Source: Leidyana gryllorum EB-2025a (lineage: Eukaryota; Protista; Apicomplexa). Taken from it: DNA of 64,000 nucleotides. The position numbers and the translations under genes were made by a program. Position 1 is the stretch's first letter; each line of letters starts with the position of its first letter. The stretch lies in assembly GCA_048772705.1 (NCBI GenBank), contig JBLWGC010000036.1, positions 124,001 through 188,000 of the forward strand, in the 5' to 3' direction. The notes below the pieces were generated by a model that ran no database searches, was not told the origin of the DNA, and saw nothing but the letters and a program-made list of their open reading frames with translations. Below are positions 58,554 through 64,000 of the stretch, piece by piece.

Positions 58554-59717
58554 ATGAAGTTTGCTACTTGCCTCTCACTTCTGTGTGCAGTCTCTGCCAC
58601 CAACATCACCCTCCAACATGTCTACGGCGACGTTGACCCGGTGACCAGCATGAAGCCTTACTGGCAGCAAAGAAGAGGTCGGGCTGGCTTCACCCCTTCG
58701 TTCATGGAGAAGCGGTCTGCTGACAACTGTATCTTCCCCATAGAGTTGGTGCTGGTTCAGGATGCCACCAATTCCTTTGAAGACAATTTCAACAACATGG
58801 CAACCACCCAGCTCGAGCTTATGATCAACGCTCTCAACCTCAGCCATCCCGGCTCGCAGGTTGGAGTTGTTTCTTTCCGCGACATTCCCATCTGGACTCT
58901 CGGAGAACCGGCTACTGATTACTGCCAGAAATTGGAGGCTCCCATGACCGGTGATCTGGAGGCATTGAAGGCTCTTTACGCCAGCCTGCAGTCCGTTGGT
59001 GGTGGTGACCCGCCTGAGAACCAATTCGGCGCTCTCCTTGCTGCTGCTAACTACGGTCAGATCGGTTGGAACTCCAACCCTGACGCCGCCAAGTTGGTGG
59101 TTGTCGTCACCGACGCGGCTCCTCACTTCAACGCTGATGGATTCAACCAGTATGGCTTGGCCACCAACCCGGCCGTCTTCAACGAAGCGACTGCCGACAG
59201 CGATTGCACCAAGTATTACTATCCCAGTCCTGAGCAAGTGAAAGAGACGTTGGTATCTCACGAGCTCTATCTGGGCTCACTGGTATATGACAGCCAGTAC
59301 GATCAGTTCCAGCCTCGTGACTCGTGGATGTGGTTCAACACTTTCATGGGTCAGCTGCCCGCCTTCTACCACGACATGAACCAGGATGGGTCTAACTTCT
59401 GGGAAGTGCTCTCAGCCGTCATCTCCCAGCTTGAGGAGGTTGAGTGTGGCCCTGAAACCACCACTCCTGTGCCGCCCACCGTCACCCCGGTTGGAAGCAC
59501 ACAGGAGCCCCCGAGCACTACCGGAAGCGCCACTTTGCCTCCCAGCTGCGAGGTCTGCCCCAACCCCTGTCCTCCTGAGGGATGTGATCCTTGCTGCCTC
59601 GATGGAGTTCTGATCAAGTTGCGTCATCGTCCTGCCCGGCTCCATCTGGAGATCGAGAACCCCCCTGCTCCTTTCGAGGTCCGCCCCGACGCTGAAAACG
59701 ACAGCGACAACGCTTGA
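58554..59717 (+). CDS. Secreted integrin-beta-type vWA domain protein, paralog 1 (intronless)
   Basis: Signal peptide, LVQDATNSF (MIDAS-like DxTxS), SFRD, GGGDPPE, VVTDAAPH, YPS; P/T linker; Cys-rich tail. Confidence 0.88.
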   Translation: MKFATCLSLLCAVSATNITLQHVYGDVDPVTSMKPYWQQRRGRAGFTPSFMEKRSADNCIFPIELVLVQDATNSFEDNFNNMATTQLELMINALNLSHPGSQVGVVSFRDIPIWTLGEPATDYCQKLEAPMTGDLEALKALYASLQSVGGGDPPENQFGALLAAANYGQIGWNSNPDAAKLVVVVTDAAPHFNADGFNQYGLATNPAVFNEATADSDCTKYYYPSPEQVKETLVSHELYLGSLVYDSQYDQFQPRDSWMWFNTFMGQLPAFYHDMNQDGSNFWEVLSAVISQLEEVECGPETTTPVPPTVTPVGSTQEPPSTTGSATLPPSCEVCPNPCPPEGCDPCCLDGVLIKLRHRPARLHLEIENPPAPFEVRPDAENDSDNA

Positions 59718-60006
59718 AGAGTTGAGATTTCAACAAGCTAACTTTTAAGGGTGCATTGAACTCTATGATAATAGATAGTCACTGGATAACCTCTCAAAGC
59801 ACGCATAAAATGATTGCAGAGCGACTCATGTTCGCCTCCCTTACTGAAAGTTGATCTGAATTGATATCCGCTCAATTGGCCAAGTCACCTCTCTCTCTCT
59901 CGTTACTCGCGTGGTGTCACTCCCGTCGCATCACTCCCGTCTCGTCTCCCCTGTCAGGAAGAAAAACACTCTCTCCTCGTCAGCAATCAACTACCAGCCT
60001 TCAGCA

Positions 60007-61134
60007 ATGACTCGTTTTGGCTTCTTCTCTCTTCTCTCGGTGGTTGTCGCCGCTAAAAATGTGACATTGCTCAAGGACGTCTATGGCGAGGCCAAACCGG
60101 TCAGCTACATGAAGCCGTTGTGGCAGACGTCTTTGGATCGTGCTGTTGTTCCGGACGCCTTCAAGGCCAAGCGTACTGCGGACAACTGTGTGTTCCCGAT
60201 CGATCTTATCATTTTACAGGATGCTACTGCATCTTTCCAGGATGACTTTGACAACATGGCCAACACCCAGTTGGACTTGATGTACTCTGCCTTGTCGACT
60301 ACTCACCCCGGCTCGCAATTCGGAGTCGTCTCGTTCCGTGATATTCCGATCTGGAGTTTGGGAGAGCCAGCTACCGATTACTGCCAGAAGGTTGAGCAGC
60401 CACTAACGGACAACTTCCAGGCGGTGAAGGCTCTTTACGAGAAGTTGCACTCCGTTGGCGGCGGTGACCCCCCCGAGAACCAATTCGGTGCTCTGATCGC
60501 GGCCGCCAACGACCAGGGTCTCGGTCTTGGAAAGAACCCGGAAGCTGCCACTTTGGTGGTCGTTGTCACTGATGCGGCTCCTCATTTCGATGCTGACGGA
60601 TTCAACGCCTATGGACTGAAAGCCAACACCGGAACTTTTAATGCCGAGTCGGCTGATGAAGATTGCAAGACACAATATTACCCCAGTCCTCAACAAGTCA
60701 AGGACAACTTGCTGCGCGCCAAGGCTTACATGGGTGCCCTAGTTTACGACAGTCAATATGACCACTTCCAGCCGCGCGACTCGTGGAAATGGTTCAACAA
60801 CTTCATGGGCCAACTGCCCGCTTTCTACCACGACATCAACGAAGACTCCTCAAACTTCTGGGAGGTCCTGTCCTCGATCATCACGGCCTTGGAGGAAGTC
60901 GAGTGCTCGGAATCAACCACGACGACTACTGATGCACCCACTGTGACTCCTGTAGGCACCGAGGAGGTTCCTCCTCCCGCCACAGAGGGAACTCTGCCTC
61001 CGAGCTGTGATGTTTGTCCCAACCCATGCCCTCCTGAAGGATGCGACCCGTGCTGTTTGGATGGTGTCCTCATCAAGCTCCGTCATCGCCCAGCCCGCCT
61101 GCATCTGGAAATTGAGAACCCTCCTGCTCTTTGA
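60007..61134 (+). CDS. Secreted integrin-beta-type vWA domain protein, paralog 2 (intronless)
   Basis: Collinear paralog of 58554-59717: LQDATASF, GGGDPPENQFGAL, VVTDAAPHF, YYPS and the same Cys-rich tail. Confidence 0.88.
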   Translation: MTRFGFFSLLSVVVAAKNVTLLKDVYGEAKPVSYMKPLWQTSLDRAVVPDAFKAKRTADNCVFPIDLIILQDATASFQDDFDNMANTQLDLMYSALSTTHPGSQFGVVSFRDIPIWSLGEPATDYCQKVEQPLTDNFQAVKALYEKLHSVGGGDPPENQFGALIAAANDQGLGLGKNPEAATLVVVVTDAAPHFDADGFNAYGLKANTGTFNAESADEDCKTQYYPSPQQVKDNLLRAKAYMGALVYDSQYDHFQPRDSWKWFNNFMGQLPAFYHDINEDSSNFWEVLSSIITALEEVECSESTTTTTDAPTVTPVGTEEVPPPATEGTLPPSCDVCPNPCPPEGCDPCCLDGVLIKLRHRPARLHLEIENPPAL

Positions 61135-61489
61135 ATTGCAGGAAAGACTGAATTTTAGGTAGTGAAAGAGATTGGTAGATCGACAACAATGACTGCTTTC
61201 AATACGTTAGAATCGCAAGGAAGAAACGCGTCTTTTCCTCACGATCGACCTTGTGTTAGGAGTGACAATGGTGGTGTGACCTGCGGAGTCAGTGGGGGAC
61301 TTTGTAGTGACTGGACCCAAAGTGGTCAAGTTCGGCCAGCTCTCAGGAACCCATACAATGGAGCTTTTCTCCGAGATGGGAGGGGCGGAGTCAGTTGCCC
61401 ACCCCTTCTGATTGCCGGCCATTGAAGGCAAATCACTGTGTGATCGGCTGGGAAAAGGGGCTCGATCGAAGTTCTACTCTGACAGCTAC

Positions 61490-64000
61490 CTACCCACCAG
61501 GTCGGTAAAGGGAAGCCCAAAAGTCATCGAGGGGGGCTTGTTCACCGATCCGGGCACAAAGGAGGTCTTCTGACCTCGACCTTGTCATAACCGGGGGGCA
61601 GAAACAGTCCAAAGGCTGGATTGGCAGACTTTGGCTTCGCGGCAATGCAAATAAGGAAGTTTCGTATTCTTTAGGTGAGAGAAGGGAATTGACAGATGAG
61701 GACTCTGCCTGCGACAAAGCCTCGCAGAAATCGTGAGGAGATAAGTCTTCGTCCACGAAGGCAGCAAGATGCATTGATTGGAGTCGAGTCTTTTCCACTG
61801 TCAAGGAGAGAGATCCCCCACCGTCAGTTAACGAGCGCGATCGGCGATGACTCGTTGCGGAGTATTGCTGCAACGATCGACGAGGAGACGTTAGTGCCTC
61901 ATTGTTCCACGTGGGCTCAGAGGGTAACAATGGAAGGTAGTGCTCGCGGCCACTCAGCAAGTTCCCCTCTTCGGCGTCTTCGAAGGTCGGACCTGGTGAC
62001 GGCCAGTCCTCAGAAGTTGCTGTCTGGGGTGCTATTGCTTCAGTTTCCGTGCACGGTGGTGGCGTGAGAGCCTCCAGGATCGGCGGCAGTCTCCAGAAAT
62101 TGAATGAGTTGAACTGATGGGAAACCATGAAAGCAGACCAGCGACCTGATGGCTGGCGTGGAGAGGTTCCCTGGATCGCTCCGCTGACAAAAAACGCTTA
62201 GCTGCTGGCACGACACCCGGAGCAGCGGCGTTCAATCTCGAATTCGTCCATGTAGTCTGGGCCCGTGAGTAGGAACGCCGAACGTGCGTTTGGTCACATC
62301 TTTCAACCGATACGCAGTTTTCATCCTCATAGAGTGCTGCTCTTCATCGAGACGTCGATGGTACGTAGCCGAAGTCGAGACACAAGTATCCGGACTCTCC
62401 TGGACCATTGGAGTGGGAAGCCCGTACTCCATCGGCGAACCCGCCTCCACCGCCTCTTGCCGCCGCTGCTGTTCCTCAACAGCTTGCCCCTGAAGACGAC
62501 TCGCATGCCAGGCACTAGCGCGCTCGACTGGAGCTTCATTGGAGGGACCGGCTCGACCGTCATCTAAACCCGGACTGGGTTCATGCGGGTTCCGCCATCC
62601 CTCCAGGAGCAACTGCCGAGGGGTACCAGGCGAGGTGGCATTCCTATTTGGAGCAACTTTTGTTCCGCCTTCCAGAGAGTGAAAGAAGTTTGCTGGGCGA
62701 CTTCGCTCGTAGCTGGCCAGACGTGAAAGCCGCTTCCTCTCTTTGATCCAATCTTCGCGTCTCAGCGAGCGTTCCAAAGATCCCTCTCCAGCGCCGCCGC
62801 TGCTACCCGGGTGTCCGTTCCTCACCTCGTCGTCGGCTATTATTTCTTCCCGACTGTGGGGGTTCAATGCGGGAAACATGTCAGTCGCCATCTCGGACAT
62901 AGACTCATATCTGAGTAAATCAACAAAGTGTGGTGTGTGTCAGGCAACAATCACTCACGTCTTGGCGAATGTCTTGTTCACATGATGGACGTGTCCAGTG
63001 GGATCAATGATGAATATTCGAGCTTCGGGAATGCCCACGTGTACATATGCACGATGATCCTGCGTGTGAGTGAGATCAGAAATACCACCTCTTCGCTGCT
63101 TGTGAGGCTCACCGTGTCTCGGTTTCCGAAGCCAGCATAGAACGGGTTGTAGAAGGGTGGGAACAGACTGCGAATGTCTCTCAGTGCAGCAATTTTGAAC
63201 ACGTAAGGTTTGCGATCGATCACTTCTCGCTTGAAAGATGGGAACAAACGATCAGGTGATAGAATTAAGGGGCCATCTGACGATCGCGTGTGTGTGGTGG
63301 TGCCGCCTCCTCCTCATTCGTCTCACCTGGTAATTTATTCCTTTCGTTCTGAGTGAGACCGAATAGGTAGTCACGGGTTGAATCTGCTTGACCAATTGCC
63401 CGTGCAGTGAGATAGAGAATTTTGTAGTCATGCTTTCGTACAGAAGAGAACAAGTGGGCCACGCCTGGGTGGGACCAATCTTTGCCCACGATAGGCATAA
63501 GTTGGCCCCAGACATCGGATCGTGTGATCGTCCCGTCAACATCAGAAACGACAATTTTCGAGTTCCGAGGCCACAGATATATAGTTCCTGTCACAGTCTT
63601 AGTCCCCTGCAGGGCTGAGGACACCGAAAAGGTGATGGGATTCGGCCCCGGTTCCAAGTTTAGGGACGCCTGCAGCCAATTCTCTGTCACCGAGCCCCTC
63701 ATCCACTTACCAGCTGTTCGGGAGTTGGTTTCAGACTCTTCCGATAGCGTTTGATTCTGGTGGTGTTAGTCTGTTGGTCGTCCTCCAAGGCAACAATGCC
63801 CGCTGTGGCTGCCAATTTATTGGGATCTGCGGTGGAGGACGTTCCTGTTGATGTTCTGGCAATGACCAGACCGTCGCCGACCACCTTCCCGGCATTGGGA
63901 GCGACAGTGGACAGAGTGGCTCCGAGAACCGGTTCCACTGCCGAGAGCGCGTCCACTCTGCCGAACTGCGTTTCCTCCTCATGAGGTGTATAACAGCTCA
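61490..64000 (-). CDS. PAH1: Lipin / Pah1 phosphatidate phosphatase, 3' part, multi-exon
   Basis: [23 protein letters not shown] (DxDxT), [28 protein letters not shown] and [10 protein letters not shown] tail motif. Confidence 0.93.

Noticed and set aside
58575-59261. 228-aa minus-strand ORF
   Set aside because: Antisense shadow of vWA paralog 1.
61290-61470. AAAGTCCCC / GGGGCTC words resembling RNase MRP/P conserved regions
   Set aside because: They are on opposite strands and cannot form the P4 helix.

Overview
This is eukaryotic nuclear DNA from a very compact alveolate, most likely an apicomplexan and probably gregarine-like (inference). Supporting markers are a P4-ATPase/guanylyl-cyclase fusion, the apicomplexan 'AT' insertion in the class I HDAC, Rab11A and integrin-beta-type vWA proteins. 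About 32 protein-coding genes are packed almost without spacers, and most are split by tiny (~30-50 nt) GT-AG introns, so the ORF track shows them as fragments. Recognisable products are: NagB, a USP deubiquitinase, an F-box protein, an EutE/PduP-type aldehyde dehydrogenase, a PIN/XPG-like nuclease, RPC34, a C2-like protein, a DTW protein, Rab11A, PheRS-beta, ATPase-guanylyl cyclase, calnexin, ClC, GMPP, TSR3, HDAC, SRP9, NOC4, a mucin, NOT3/5, an UNC-93-like MFS transporter, a DHHC acyltransferase, MED6, UNG, two vWA paralogs and lipin. I saw no tRNA, rRNA, CRISPR array or transposase. The most unusual signals are: (1) several of the rare long introns carry TGCA/GpC-rich islands, one with clear ~7-nt periodicity; (2) an intronless bacterial-microcompartment-type aldehyde dehydrogenase that shares an upstream CGTCTCCC element with the two intronless vWA genes; (3) divergent gene pairs with ATGs as little as 21 nt apart, organised around a T-tract, plus one T-tract in a tandem spacer that matches the 3' half of the dinoflagellate spliced leader; (4) unnamed, strongly conserved peptide modules in the secreted vWA and mucin proteins. 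Exon boundaries and counts were worked out by eye and need confirmation by RNA-seq or computation.
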